Numbered from the stretch's first letter, positions 20,257 to 30,530 are shown. The stretch is 64,000 nucleotides of DNA from an uncultured Caulobacterales bacterium (GCA_937923965.1 CALDTL010000021.1:3431-67430); one strand, 5' to 3'. Program-made: numbers and translations. The notes: generated by a model from the letters alone, not told the origin.

Positions 20257-21726
20257 CTAAATCTGGAGGAGGCGATCAAACATATCGCCTACCGTTTGGA
20301 TGACGCGTGCGTTTGCCGCATAAGATTGTTCGATTAAAAGAAGGGTTTGCATTTCGAGGTCGGTATCGACGCCTGATTGCGCAATTTCTGAGTCAAATAA
20401 TATATTACTCCGCGTCAAAGCGCTGGCGCTCAGGGCGTCATGCCGGACTCGGTTTTCTCCAATGACGGACGAAAAGCTGGCAACCAGCTCGACCGAAGAA
20501 AAGCTCCCTGTAAGGCCAGAACCCAAAGGAGCGGTGTTGGAAGCGTTTAAGGCGTCGAGATATCCATTGATCAACCCAGCTTCGCCAGTTGGACCGGCCG
20601 TGGTCGCGCCTACGCCATCCCGAAATCGGGCGATGTCGCCGCCTTGTGCAGGGTCGACCGCAGAATTTAATTCTAGGCGACCAGCGATGCCCGAAAGGTT
20701 TGCAGAGTCCAGAGACCCGCCAGCATCTGTGAAAATACCCGCGGCGCCAGGTGTTTTTGTTACGTCTAAATCGTCATCAGAAAATCGAGTTATCAGGTCC
20801 GCCGCCAAGCTGTCTAGCTGAGAGATAAAGTCAGGGACAACATTATCACGAACAGCGAATTGCCCGGCCAGCGTTCCAGAGCTTAATGCAAAGTTCCCGC
20901 CGGAACCCGGCGTTAGGTCCTGATCGCCTACGAATAGGCCAGATAGTCCGCCCGTGCCGTCAGCATAGGAGGCACCGGACGTGATCGCACCGACTTGTTG
21001 GAATGAGAGTTCTCTAACGTTGCCGGCAAGTAAAAAAGCACCAGAATCTGTTGTGATCTCAATTTGTCCACCCTCACGTTCGATGGAATTAATTGGAATT
21101 ATCTCTGCGATTGAGTCGATGAGTCTTTGACGCTCGTCCTCCAGCGCAGCCGCGTCGCCAGTAACTTGGTTCAATCCGCCGATATCATCGTTTAGTTTTT
21201 TGAGCTGATTAAGTGCAGAGTTTACGGTATCGACCGACCGCATGATATTAGCGTCTGCATCATTTCGTAGGGCATTGGCCATCGAAGAAAGACCGTTAAA
21301 CTGATAGACTAATTCCGTGCTAGCCGCGAGCACTGCATTTTGCAGAGCTGGAGACTCCGGCGTTGTCGCTAGATCCTTAAAGTTAGCTTCAAGCGACTCG
21401 AAGGAAGCGAATAGGCCGTAGTCGTCGCCTGGCGCGCCCAGCTCTCGGTTGAGCTCATTATAAGTGCTCGCTATGATGTTCGCGCGACCAAATGATGCGT
21501 CTGCATCTCGGCGTAGGGCCGAAAGCGCAAAGTCTTGTTGCCGCGCCACGCCTGCCACCCTGACGCCATTCCCTTGCCCGCCAACCCTGTGTTCGGTTGT
21601 GATGACTTCCCTGCGGACGTAGCCCGCCGTTGACGCATTTGCGACATTGCCTGCAGCAATATCTGCGCGAAACGCAGAGGCGGCCAATCCGGAATTAGCA
21701 TTAGAGAGTGCGCGCGTAAGTGACAT
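20257..21726 (-). CDS. flgK: Hook-associated protein FlgK
   Basis: ALSNANSGL, NVANASTAGYVRR, SGVDTDLEM..L..EQSYAANARVIQT. Confidence 0.95.
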   Translation of the reverse strand: MSLTRALSNANSGLAASAFRADIAAGNVANASTAGYVRREVITTEHRVGGQGNGVRVAGVARQQDFALSALRRDADASFGRANIIASTYNELNRELGAPGDDYGLFASFESLEANFKDLATTPESPALQNAVLAASTELVYQFNGLSSMANALRNDADANIMRSVDTVNSALNQLKKLNDDIGGLNQVTGDAAALEDERQRLIDSIAEIIPINSIEREGGQIEITTDSGAFLLAGNVRELSFQQVGAITSGASYADGTGGLSGLFVGDQDLTPGSGGNFALSSGTLAGQFAVRDNVVPDFISQLDSLAADLITRFSDDDLDVTKTPGAAGIFTDAGGSLDSANLSGIAGRLELNSAVDPAQGGDIARFRDGVGATTAGPTGEAGLINGYLDALNASNTAPLGSGLTGSFSSVELVASFSSVIGENRVRHDALSASALTRSNILFDSEIAQSGVDTDLEMQTLLLIEQSYAANARVIQTVGDMFDRLLQI

Positions 21727-21743
21727 TTGTGTGGCCTTAAATC

Positions 21744-23048
21744 CTAGCGTTTCAGGTTCGTGGTTTCTTGCAACATCTCATCAACTGTTTGAATGATTTT
21801 AGCGTTTGATGAGTAAGCGCGTTGCGTCTCAATGAGGCTCGTGAGCTCTGACGCGATATCTGTGCTTGATTCCATCAACGCATAGCCCGCGTAATCACCA
21901 ACCGGACCCGTACCGGCGTCCCAAAGGTAGAGATCCCCACTTTCAGCAGAAATCGAATAGGCTTGGTTGTTGCGCGCCGTGAGGCCGTTTGCATTTGGAA
22001 CATCAACCACAGGGATTTGATAGAGCGTCCTGCGGAAGCCAGAATTGAAGATAGCTTCGACCTCGCCTTGTTGATTGATTTCAATGCCTTGGATATCCCC
22101 GATAGGAGCGCCGTCTTTGGTGACATTGTAGGGAGAAAAAGGCGCTGCGAGTTGTGAAAGACCGTCGCTTTCACCGACTTTGCCGATAAATGAGGTCATA
22201 GGACCGCTCACTACATTAAATGACATTTCCCCTGTAGCGGCGTCATAGGTCGTACCGGCTCCTGGTGTTATCGAGCTTATTGAACCGCCATTTCCGTCGC
22301 TGTCATTAAACGAAACATCGAAAGACGCGATAGAAACCAAAGGGTCACCCGCTGAGTCAACGACATTCACGCTCCAACTATTGCTTGCTCCCGACGCGGG
22401 TACATTTGGCGAGAAAGTGTAAGTCAAAGTTTGAGGCGATCCCAGATTATCGTAATATTCGATAGGTAAATCAAAAGCTTCTCCGGTGCCGCCAGCGGTT
22501 GTGGACTCTGCCGGTAAATTCAAGCTGAGGCCAATATTTCTGGTTGGAGAGGCAGAGAATTGAGCGACATCTACGTTGACTGGGACGAGACCTGATGAAC
22601 TGTCTCGGCTACCGGTTAAAACGGCGCCTGCAGCGTCCGTTGGCCACCCTAGCAGGAATAACCCGCTTTGCGTGCGAAGATTTCCATTTTCATCTGGATA
22701 GAATCCGCCGGTCGGAACCATCTGAAAGTCTCTTTCTGTCGAGGACTGCTCCACGCCAAAAAGGTCCGTCACAGGGATCATTCCGCCGCCGTTAATGGCG
22801 ATGTCTAAAGCATTGCCAGTTGAAATAAGCGACCCAAGTGCGCCGACCTCCTTGAAGGTGTCAGCTCTAACTCCACCGGCGGAGTAGACGCCGCCCGATT
22901 GGCTAATAACCATGCTTGAGAAATCTGTTTCGCTACGCTTATATCCATTTGTGCTAGAGTTTGCGATATTGTCTGAAATGGTTGCCAATCTAGTGGCGTT
23001 GACGCTTAGGCCCATGACCCCAGCATTGAGGGCAGATGAAATTGTCAT
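21744..23048 (-). CDS. flgE: Flagellar hook protein FlgE
   Basis: ISDNIANSSTNGYKR, GNALDIAINGGG, ESSTDIASEL..LI.TQRAYSSNAKII. Confidence 0.95.
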   Translation of the reverse strand: MTISSALNAGVMGLSVNATRLATISDNIANSSTNGYKRSETDFSSMVISQSGGVYSAGGVRADTFKEVGALGSLISTGNALDIAINGGGMIPVTDLFGVEQSSTERDFQMVPTGGFYPDENGNLRTQSGLFLLGWPTDAAGAVLTGSRDSSSGLVPVNVDVAQFSASPTRNIGLSLNLPAESTTAGGTGEAFDLPIEYYDNLGSPQTLTYTFSPNVPASGASNSWSVNVVDSAGDPLVSIASFDVSFNDSDGNGGSISSITPGAGTTYDAATGEMSFNVVSGPMTSFIGKVGESDGLSQLAAPFSPYNVTKDGAPIGDIQGIEINQQGEVEAIFNSGFRRTLYQIPVVDVPNANGLTARNNQAYSISAESGDLYLWDAGTGPVGDYAGYALMESSTDIASELTSLIETQRAYSSNAKIIQTVDEMLQETTNLKR

Positions 23049-23148
23049 GATCAATCCTTGATAGTTAACATACTCAATTGAAGATTGTATTCTATCATCA
23101 TTAAATAAGTGTATATTTGCGCTTACAACACATTGGTGCTCTATGCCT

Positions 23149-23946
23149 TTATTGAAGAATTGTAATTGAAATGCGCCTGTTTTGGGCGGCAGAAGGATTG
23201 TCTGCGAGTGGTGCCGTGTAGGCCTTGCCTGACACTTCTGAGACCTTTTCGTAAGAGAATCCGTAACTCATCAGGAGGCGCCGCGCTGTATTGGCTCGAT
23301 CCGTTGAGAGTTCCCAATTTGAGTAACGACTGTCATTCACATAGCCGCTATTATCGGTATGGCCCACGATCTTTATGTTGTTTTCAACGTCGCCAAATGA
23401 CTTGGTTACAACCTTTAGGAGTTGCTTTAGCACTTCCGAGGGCTTCGCATCGCCGATTGAAAATAACGGCGCTGTGTCGGTGTCGGTGAGCTCAATGACC
23501 AGGCCATCTGGGCTCAATTTTAAGCTGATGTGTTGCATGAGCCCTTCATTCTCGGAAAGAAGGGCTGCGTTGAGAGCTTCGATTTGGGCTTCGGCCGACT
23601 CTCTCGCGGCGTCCTCTGTCTCCTCTTTCGACATCATATTACCTGTGTCGGATGCCACGCCTGTACCGGATTTGGCGAGGGTTTGCTCTGTAAAAATCGA
23701 GTCCCCTGCAAGCGCATCCGCGCCGCCGCCCGAGACAGCTGCAATAGGAATATTGGGACTGAAATAATCCGCAATCCCCTTGCGCTGGGCTTCAGTGGTC
23801 GCATTCAAAAGCCACATCAACAAAAAGAAGGCCATCATTGCTGTTACAAAATCGGCATAGGCGACTTTCCATGCGCCGCCATGATGACCGTCGGCGGCGT
23901 AAACTTTCTTTCGTCTCAAAATAATTGGGCGAACTTCTTCAGTCAT
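23149..23946 (-). CDS. motB: Flagellar stator protein MotB
   Basis: GAWKVAYADFVTAMMAFFLLMWL (conserved Asp), OmpA-like GHTD, NWELSTDRA, NRRI. Start set at ATG 23946. Confidence 0.95.
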   Translation of the reverse strand: MTEEVRPIILRRKKVYAADGHHGGAWKVAYADFVTAMMAFFLLMWLLNATTEAQRKGIADYFSPNIPIAAVSGGGADALAGDSIFTEQTLAKSGTGVASDTGNMMSKEETEDAARESAEAQIEALNAALLSENEGLMQHISLKLSPDGLVIELTDTDTAPLFSIGDAKPSEVLKQLLKVVTKSFGDVENNIKIVGHTDNSGYVNDSRYSNWELSTDRANTARRLLMSYGFSYEKVSEVSGKAYTAPLADNPSAAQNRRISITILQ

Positions 23947-24032
23947 AAACCTGTTCCGTAAAAACTTATAAATTAGACGCGGTGATTTCCGAGACATTAA
24001 TACATTTGCAAGAAGCTATGGGGTAGTCGGAA

Positions 24033-24047
24033 TTAAAATAACACTAA
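24033..24047 (+). promoter_or_regulatory. CtrA-like box in motB/fliM divergent region
   Basis: TTAA-AATAACA-CTAA, one mismatch; overlaps the palindromic site at 24041. Confidence 0.35.
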
Positions 24048-24055
24048 TATGGTGC
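24041..24055. promoter_or_regulatory. Candidate palindromic operator, site 2 (ACACTAA-T-ATGGTGC)
   Basis: Matches the 7-1-7 motif; lies just upstream of the fliM-like gene. Confidence 0.5.
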
Positions 24056-24058
24056 TTT

Positions 24059-25042
24059 GTGACAATTCTTAAAAAGAAACTTGAAATGAAGGCAGATCTT
24101 TCCGGCCGTGCAGTCAATGATGTTGAAGTTTGGAAGCCTCTACATAGCTCTGTGGCCGAGGCCTTCACTGATTTGCTTGGGTTGACTTGGGAGATAGAAA
24201 ATATCGAGTCGACTTCAGGGGTTTGGGATGAAATGCGTTCGTCCATAGCCAGGGACGGGCTCTATTATGGGATGGGGGAACCCGGAGTTCCCTGTCCAGT
24301 TTTAATTGGATTTGACGCTGATTTTGGAGCCTTGGTTTCAGAGAAAAGCTTAAGGTTCTTACCCGCAGCGGATGATGCTACCTATAAACCCAGCTCATTA
24401 GATCTTATCCTTTTCTCGCCAGTGGCAAAGACATTGGAAGCTGAGTTGAAAGAGTTGTTTTCAATTTTAGAGCCTTCAAGACCGGCAAGCTTCGCATTTC
24501 GGAATAAGGGCACAGCTCCAACAGACATTGATTTGCTGAAAGGAATTGAGATTTGGACCAAAGTCATTTTCTCAATTCGAGAGTCGGATGGGGACAGGTT
24601 CGGCGGCCATAGCGACGACGATAGCGAGGCCTCTGACCCGGATAAGGCAGTGCCACGTCGCCGGCTAAATTTCCAAATTATCTTACCTCCAAATTTAGTT
24701 CCTAAGCGTCGATTGCAAGATATAGACCTGGGCCGTCCTGTGGTGCTGAACCTTGATGACCCTTGGACCCAACATATGCGACGTTCGCTGGACGAAGCAC
24801 TCGTTCCGGTGCGGGCCGTGGTTGAGACATGCCGCATGAGTGTGGCCGATTGCACGCGTCTTCACATTGGTCAGATTATACAGCTTCCGGGGGTATCGCT
24901 CCAGTCGGTCAAGCTAGAGACAAAAATGAAAGCAAAATCGGTAGATTTTGGTGTGGGCGCCCTCGGAATCTATAAGTCACATCGCGCGATCAAATTGGCT
25001 GAAGATATATGTTATGAGTTCTCTCAGGAGGTAGATATTTAG
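24059..25042 (+). CDS. fliM: Divergent FliM-like motor switch protein
   Basis: C-terminal SpoA domain (VPVRAVVETCRMSVADCTRLHIGQIIQL...RAIKL); size and position between motB and motA; no other fliM in the window. Start GTG 24059 or ATG 24086. Confidence 0.6.
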   Translation: MTILKKKLEMKADLSGRAVNDVEVWKPLHSSVAEAFTDLLGLTWEIENIESTSGVWDEMRSSIARDGLYYGMGEPGVPCPVLIGFDADFGALVSEKSLRFLPAADDATYKPSSLDLILFSPVAKTLEAELKELFSILEPSRPASFAFRNKGTAPTDIDLLKGIEIWTKVIFSIRESDGDRFGGHSDDDSEASDPDKAVPRRRLNFQIILPPNLVPKRRLQDIDLGRPVVLNLDDPWTQHMRRSLDEALVPVRAVVETCRMSVADCTRLHIGQIIQLPGVSLQSVKLETKMKAKSVDFGVGALGIYKSHRAIKLAEDICYEFSQEVDI

Positions 25043-25055
25043 GTCAGCAATTATA

Positions 25056-25070
25056 ACACTATTATAGTGT
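25056..25070. promoter_or_regulatory. Candidate palindromic operator, site 3 (ACACTAT-T-ATAGTGT, perfect)
   Basis: Perfect 7-1-7 inverted repeat ~40 nt upstream of motA. Confidence 0.55.
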
Positions 25071-25073
25071 GTT

Positions 25074-25089
25074 TTAATATTTACGTAAC
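25074..25089 (+). promoter_or_regulatory. CtrA-like box upstream of motA
   Basis: TTAA-TATTTAC-GTAAC, one mismatch. Confidence 0.4.
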
Positions 25090-25111
25090 GCTATTATTCT
25101 ACGTTTGAGGC

Positions 25112-25978
25112 ATGAGCTCTATTGTTGGAATAATTATCACCTTTGTCTGTGTTTTCGGCGGGTACATCTTGGCCGGCGGGAAAATGGGCATCATTATGCA
25201 CTCCCTTCCGTTTGAAATGATGATGATAGGAGGCGCTGCTATCGGCGCTTTTGCCTGCGGCAATGACATGCACACAATCAAACATACGTTTAAAGATCTT
25301 GGCGCCGTTTTCAAAGGCGCAAAATGGAAAAAATCTGATTACAACGATCTGCTTTGCTTAATGCATGAGCTGGTCAGAATCGCGAAAGAAAGCCCTGTTG
25401 AGATTGAATCTCATATTGAGGCTCCTGAAGAGTCCTCGCTTTTTCAAAAATATCCAAAAATTCTGAAAGATGGGCCGTTCGTTGAGTTAATCTGCGACAC
25501 AATACGCTCAATGATTATGAACTTTGATGATGTTTATCAGGTTGAGGAGCTTCTAGAAAAACAACTGGATACAATGGTTGCTGAAAGCCTTCACGGGTCT
25601 CATGCGCTTCAGAATATGGCAGATGCGCTGCCAGCTTTGGGAATTGTTGCAGCGGTTCTGGGCGTTATCAAAACGATGGCATCAATTGACAAGCCGCCGG
25701 AGGTTCTTGGCGGTATGATTGGCGGTGCTTTGGTCGGGACTTTCCTTGGTGTTTTCTTGGCTTATGGATTGGTTGGCCCGATGGCAAATAAGGTCAAATC
25801 AATCCGTGAAGAAGAGCATTTCTTCTACTCTTTGATTCAAGGCGTTCTAGTATCCAGTCTACATAACAACCCAACTAATCTTTGCGTAGAGGTCGCGCGA
25901 AGAAGCGCGCCTAAGCATAATCGTCCAAGCTTCATGGATATTGAAGAGTCGCTTAAAGCCCTGAAACAGGCCGCTTAA
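25112..25978 (+). CDS. motA: Flagellar stator protein MotA
   Basis: VFGGYILAGG, PFEMMMIGGAAIG, ADALPALGIVAAVLG, GALVGTFLGVFLAYG. Confidence 0.97.
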   Translation: MSSIVGIIITFVCVFGGYILAGGKMGIIMHSLPFEMMMIGGAAIGAFACGNDMHTIKHTFKDLGAVFKGAKWKKSDYNDLLCLMHELVRIAKESPVEIESHIEAPEESSLFQKYPKILKDGPFVELICDTIRSMIMNFDDVYQVEELLEKQLDTMVAESLHGSHALQNMADALPALGIVAAVLGVIKTMASIDKPPEVLGGMIGGALVGTFLGVFLAYGLVGPMANKVKSIREEEHFFYSLIQGVLVSSLHNNPTNLCVEVARRSAPKHNRPSFMDIEESLKALKQAA

Positions 25979-25980
25979 TT

Positions 25981-27786
25981 ATGTTAGGTAGGAGAAATTT
26001 TTCAACTTTTCTTAAGGGGTCACTTGTAGCGGCGCTTCTGACAAGCGTAACTGCTATCGCAGAGGACGTGCCAGAGAAGTCTCCGCCCGGTGACCTTGCC
26101 GTTAAGTCTCTTCAGGATGTTCTCCAAAAAGCAGCCAGACAGGGTCTCGTTGACTATAAGGATGACGCTCAGCCCACGTCCGAAGACTCTACCGACACAC
26201 AGTTAAAAATGCCAGATACGAAGGTCCTCAATCAGAATTTTGTATTCACCTCTTCGTGTCAAGCATCCAAAGTCCTTGATCTGAACATGTATCAGACCGT
26301 CTCGTCATATGACGATATTTCTGCGGCCAAAGCGGGTATCGAGCCGGGTAATAATCGGGACCAGCTATTGCCGCTGTTGAAGACTTACATGGCCCTTGGA
26401 CTAGGCGCCGAAATGACGAGTGCTGTAAACGGGTTTAAAGACGCCGAGGCACGGCTTGTCGGGTCCATGGGCCGTACAATCGACGGGCAGCCGACGGAGG
26501 AAGATCAGAAGCTTATTGCGTCCTATGCTGACTGCAGTGAAAATATGAGTCTGCTGAATATATTCTCTCAGATCTCTTCTTCGTCAAGACTTGAGGAGGC
26601 CTATGAACTTAATTTCGGACGTGAAAACCTCGCGGCCTTAGAAGAACTGCCGTCTGAGTTACGGGACCTTATTAGTCTCAAAATTGGCACTGCCGCCGCA
26701 GAGCAAGAAAATGATGTTCTGGCTCAGCGGCTTTTGACGTTTATTGCGCCCGAAACCAAATATGGAGACCGGCCCGCTACAAATGATCCCGCCGTTCTGT
26801 ATTTTTATGCCCTTGTTAAAAATAATTCTGGTGACCCCGTTGGAACGGAAATTTTTCAACATCTGGCGCAGCATGATGGGATCTACCGGGTCCGATCCCT
26901 GCGGAAACTATCGGAAGAAAATTTTGACAACAATCTCGTTTTATATGACAATTTCACGCAGGATTTAGAGTCCGTAACCCAACAATATTCGGGGCAGGGG
27001 GAGAGCCTTGAGGCGTCCCTTCAAATCGTGTTGCAACGGTTGCAAAATGGAAAATTTGTCGAAGCAATTAGCAAAGCTAAGCAGGACCTGGGGCGAGATG
27101 ATTTGGAATTAGCGAAAGCTGTGAGGCTTATCGCGCAGAGACTTGAAACGCGCCTTGAAGATGTCGTCAAGAGCATTCGTCTAGACGCATTGGCGGCCTT
27201 TGTTTACGATCCAGTGTTTTTCAAATCTTACGAAAATCTAGATAGTCTGACGACTATGGCTGTGAGCACGGCCATTGATTTAAATTTGCCTGAGCTCGTG
27301 CCCACAATATTAGACGCCGGAGATCTTTCCTTTAAGGTTGATAAAACCACCCTCGATTTTGCAAAGGCGAGTATTGCCACCAAACATGGCGACTTTGATG
27401 CGGCACTTCAGATCGCGTCTTCTTACAAAGAGGATCCAAGATTTGAGCCGCTTTTTTTGGAGGCCGCAATCCAGTCAGAAAAACTAGATTTAGCAACGAA
27501 AATATTGGGCCAAAGACCCGCTGACAAAGACCGCTTCAGCCGAGAAGCGGACCTTGCGTGGGAGGGGGCGGATTGGACGGCCGTTCAAGTCGCTTTGAAA
27601 GCCAAAGCCAAGTCTGATCCCGAAGAATCTTACACGGATGAAATCTCACTTATGACCTTTCTCGGTCAAGAGAGCCAAAATTACGTTGATCGTGAGCCCC
27701 CCGTTTCTGCCGGAGATTTGGAGACCCTAAAAATGCAACTCGATAATGATATCTCACTCGTGAAGAGGCTTTTGTCGAATGGATAA
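25981..27786 (+). CDS. Uncharacterised exported alpha-helical (TPR-like) protein in the motA operon
   Basis: 601 aa; N-terminal GRRNF plus hydrophobic signal; 2 nt after motA and overlapping flgF. Confidence 0.75.
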   Translation: MLGRRNFSTFLKGSLVAALLTSVTAIAEDVPEKSPPGDLAVKSLQDVLQKAARQGLVDYKDDAQPTSEDSTDTQLKMPDTKVLNQNFVFTSSCQASKVLDLNMYQTVSSYDDISAAKAGIEPGNNRDQLLPLLKTYMALGLGAEMTSAVNGFKDAEARLVGSMGRTIDGQPTEEDQKLIASYADCSENMSLLNIFSQISSSSRLEEAYELNFGRENLAALEELPSELRDLISLKIGTAAAEQENDVLAQRLLTFIAPETKYGDRPATNDPAVLYFYALVKNNSGDPVGTEIFQHLAQHDGIYRVRSLRKLSEENFDNNLVLYDNFTQDLESVTQQYSGQGESLEASLQIVLQRLQNGKFVEAISKAKQDLGRDDLELAKAVRLIAQRLETRLEDVVKSIRLDALAAFVYDPVFFKSYENLDSLTTMAVSTAIDLNLPELVPTILDAGDLSFKVDKTTLDFAKASIATKHGDFDAALQIASSYKEDPRFEPLFLEAAIQSEKLDLATKILGQRPADKDRFSREADLAWEGADWTAVQVALKAKAKSDPEESYTDEISLMTFLGQESQNYVDREPPVSAGDLETLKMQLDNDISLVKRLLSNG

Positions 27787-28516
27787 TCCAATTTATATTG
27801 GTCTTTCCCGCCAGTCTGGGCTCCTTCGGGAGCTAAGCGTTATCGCCAATAATATGGCCAATGCAGATACAACAGGGTTTAAACGTGAGGGCGCGGTTTT
27901 TACAGAATTTATCGAGGCTATGGGAAGCGGCCGGCCGTCTCAAAATCCAAGAGAGTCGATTTCCATGGGGCGTCTGGGGGCTCATGTGAGTCACTTTGAA
28001 AGCGGGGGTCTAAGAAGCACCGGCGGTACATTTGATGTTGCCATAGAAGGAGACGGGTTTTTTCTTGTCGGCACCCCCAATGGCGAGCGACTGTCTCGCG
28101 CAGGCCATTTCATGACCGATCGTGAAGGCATGCTAATAAATGCGTCTGGTTTACCGATTTTAGATGACGCCGGAGGCCAGATTCAAATTCCGCAAGAGGT
28201 CAATGTGCTGGCTATCGCTGGCGATGGCACCATGAGCGCAGACGGCATTGAGGTCGGACGACTTGGAGTTGTCACAGCGGCCCCCGAAAATCTTAGGCGC
28301 GAAGGTAATAACCTTTGGGAGGCCGTTAACGGATACGTCCCTGTTGATGAGCCGCGGATCATTCAAGGGTTTTTAGAAGACTCAAATGTTCAGCCCGTCG
28401 CTGAAATGGCTCGCATGATAGAAGTTCAGCGAGCCTATGATGCAGGGCAAAAGCTTTTAGATATTGAAAACGACCGGATCAAATCGGTCATAACGACTGT
28501 TCGGCAGTTAACATAA
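27779..28516 (+). CDS. flgF: Proximal rod protein FlgF
   Basis: IANNMANADTTGFKR, TGGTFDVAIEGDGFF, QGFLEDSNV, MIEVQRAY. Confidence 0.93.
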   Translation: MDNPIYIGLSRQSGLLRELSVIANNMANADTTGFKREGAVFTEFIEAMGSGRPSQNPRESISMGRLGAHVSHFESGGLRSTGGTFDVAIEGDGFFLVGTPNGERLSRAGHFMTDREGMLINASGLPILDDAGGQIQIPQEVNVLAIAGDGTMSADGIEVGRLGVVTAAPENLRREGNNLWEAVNGYVPVDEPRIIQGFLEDSNVQPVAEMARMIEVQRAYDAGQKLLDIENDRIKSVITTVRQLT

Positions 28517-28563
28517 ACGACCAGAAATTGATTTCAGGTCCGTAGTAGAAAGGGAGGTTCAGG

Positions 28564-29349
28564 ATGAACGCTCTTAGAATTGCAGCCACGGGTATGGCCG
28601 CACAACAAACCCGAGTTGATGTCATATCAAATAACATCGCCAACATGAGCACAACCGCCTATCAGCCTAGGGTCGCCGAATTTGCTGATCTGCTCTATCT
28701 CCAAAAACTACCGCCCGGTGCCATATCCTCACAAACCGGAAACATTGTTCCAGCGGGCATTCAAATGGGAATGGGCGTGCGTCCTTCCACGGTGTCTATG
28801 GAGATTGTACAAGGGGGGTTAAGCCCGACGGGGGGAGATTTGGATCTCGCTCTAGAAGGGCGGGGGTATTTTGAGATCACATTGCCCAGCGGGGATTCCG
28901 CTTATACTCGCGATGGCAAATTTTTCAGAGACTCAGAAGGCTTAATTGTGAATTCCGACGGATTCGCACTCGCCGACAATATCACCATACCCAATGATAC
29001 ACGCAGTCTGACCATTAGTCAGGATGGAACCGTTACCGCCTATTTCGATAACGCGCCGGAAGGCCAGCAAATTGGCGTCATCACGATGACAGTCTTCGCC
29101 AATCCAAAAGGATTAGAGGCGGTGGGCGGGAACCTTTTTCGGGAAACCGCCGGTTCCGGCGCTCCCATTATTGGTGAGCCGGGAACGGAGGGGATCGGGA
29201 CGATGCGCCAAGGCTACCTTGAAGACTCCGGTGTAGATGTTGTGGAAGAAATTTCCGAGCTCATTGAGGCGCAGCGCGGCTATGAATTAAACTCTAAAGT
29301 CATCACGGCCGCTGATGAAATGTATGCTGCCACAACAAGGATTAGGTAG
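28564..29349 (+). CDS. flgG: Distal rod protein FlgG
   Basis: ISNNIANMSTTAY, AYTRDG, QGYLEDSGVDVVEE, AQRGYELNSKVI. Confidence 0.97.
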   Translation: MNALRIAATGMAAQQTRVDVISNNIANMSTTAYQPRVAEFADLLYLQKLPPGAISSQTGNIVPAGIQMGMGVRPSTVSMEIVQGGLSPTGGDLDLALEGRGYFEITLPSGDSAYTRDGKFFRDSEGLIVNSDGFALADNITIPNDTRSLTISQDGTVTAYFDNAPEGQQIGVITMTVFANPKGLEAVGGNLFRETAGSGAPIIGEPGTEGIGTMRQGYLEDSGVDVVEEISELIEAQRGYELNSKVITAADEMYAATTRIR

Positions 29350-29772
29350 ATGAAACTTTTAAGTCTTCTCCTACCATTTGTTTTTCTTTCCTCGCCGTGT
29401 TTTGCGGCCTCGGTTACGGCAAAACAAACACTGCAACGTGGGACGATAATTCAATCTGGAGATTTGACTGTTGAAGCAGACACCGAGGAAAATCGGCAAG
29501 ATGTGTTGGAAGGTTATTTAGGTAAGGAGATGAAGAGAACCGTTTATGCGGGGAAAAAAGTCAATCCCGCTTATGTCGGAAATCCAATCCTCGTCAAACG
29601 CAATAGTCTGATCAGCATGATTTATCGTTTCGGACGGCTTGAAATAACAGCGTCGGGCCGCGCGCTGGATGAAGGCGGGGAGGGGGATATTATCAGTATA
29701 ATGAATCTCGAGTCGCGCAAGCGCATTCATGGCATCATATTACCATCTGGCGTGGTTGAGGTTCGAACATGA
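29350..29772 (+). CDS. flgA: P-ring assembly chaperone FlgA
   Basis: Signal peptide, SAF-like domain, LVKRN, GRALDEGGEGDII..MNLES. Confidence 0.88.
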   Translation: MKLLSLLLPFVFLSSPCFAASVTAKQTLQRGTIIQSGDLTVEADTEENRQDVLEGYLGKEMKRTVYAGKKVNPAYVGNPILVKRNSLISMIYRFGRLEITASGRALDEGGEGDIISIMNLESRKRIHGIILPSGVVEVRT

Positions 29773-30518
29773 ATTACTTAAATTTGAACTCAAAGCTATT
29801 TTGTTTGTTAACCGGACTCGCGATTTCTGGGTGTTCCTCAACTCAAACTTTGGGTCCCCCAAATGCTTTACCTGAAAATTGGAAGACGCCGCGTAATTAT
29901 TCAAATACCCAACAGGTTGCGCCTCAAAGGCCATCGATGAGGGTTGCAGACAGTTCAAAAGCGACCTCATTGTGGAGTAGTAGCCCAAAGTCCCTTTTTG
30001 GGGATCGGCGCGCCAGTCAATTTGGTGACATTTTAACCGTAGTGATCGAAATCGACGATGAAGCTGAGATTACTAATTCCGTCGCGCAGACACGCCAGAT
30101 GGATCAGGATTTTTCAATAGGCGCTCTATTTGGTATCCCTGAACTTGTTGCGCCGGCTTTACCGGGAGGGGCGAGTTTATCCCCGGGGCTTGACATAAAC
30201 CGCGGAAGTAGCGTCAACGGAAATGGTAACATTAAGCGTCAGGAAAAGATGACCCTTCGGCTCGCCGCCCGCGTTATTGATGTTATGCCTAATGGATATC
30301 TCAGCTTGGCGGGACGTCAGGAAATAATGGTCAATAGTGAGGTCCGTTATCTCCAAGTGACGGGTTTGATTAGAACGCAAGACATATCTAGGCTTAATAC
30401 GATCACCTATGATAAAATTGCGGAAGCTCGGATATTCTACGGAGGGCAGGGGCAAATCACAGATAGTGTAAGGCCGCGTTCTGGAAATAAAATATTATCA
30501 AAAATTTTGCCTTTCTAA
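29769..30518 (+). CDS. flgH: L-ring lipoprotein FlgH
   Basis: Lipobox ISGC; LFGDRRA..GDILTV, V..VMPNG.L, ITYDKIAEARIFY.G.G. Confidence 0.95.
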   Translation: MNYLNLNSKLFCLLTGLAISGCSSTQTLGPPNALPENWKTPRNYSNTQQVAPQRPSMRVADSSKATSLWSSSPKSLFGDRRASQFGDILTVVIEIDDEAEITNSVAQTRQMDQDFSIGALFGIPELVAPALPGGASLSPGLDINRGSSVNGNGNIKRQEKMTLRLAARVIDVMPNGYLSLAGRQEIMVNSEVRYLQVTGLIRTQDISRLNTITYDKIAEARIFYGGQGQITDSVRPRSGNKILSKILPF

Positions 30519-30530
30519 CTAAGCGAGAAA

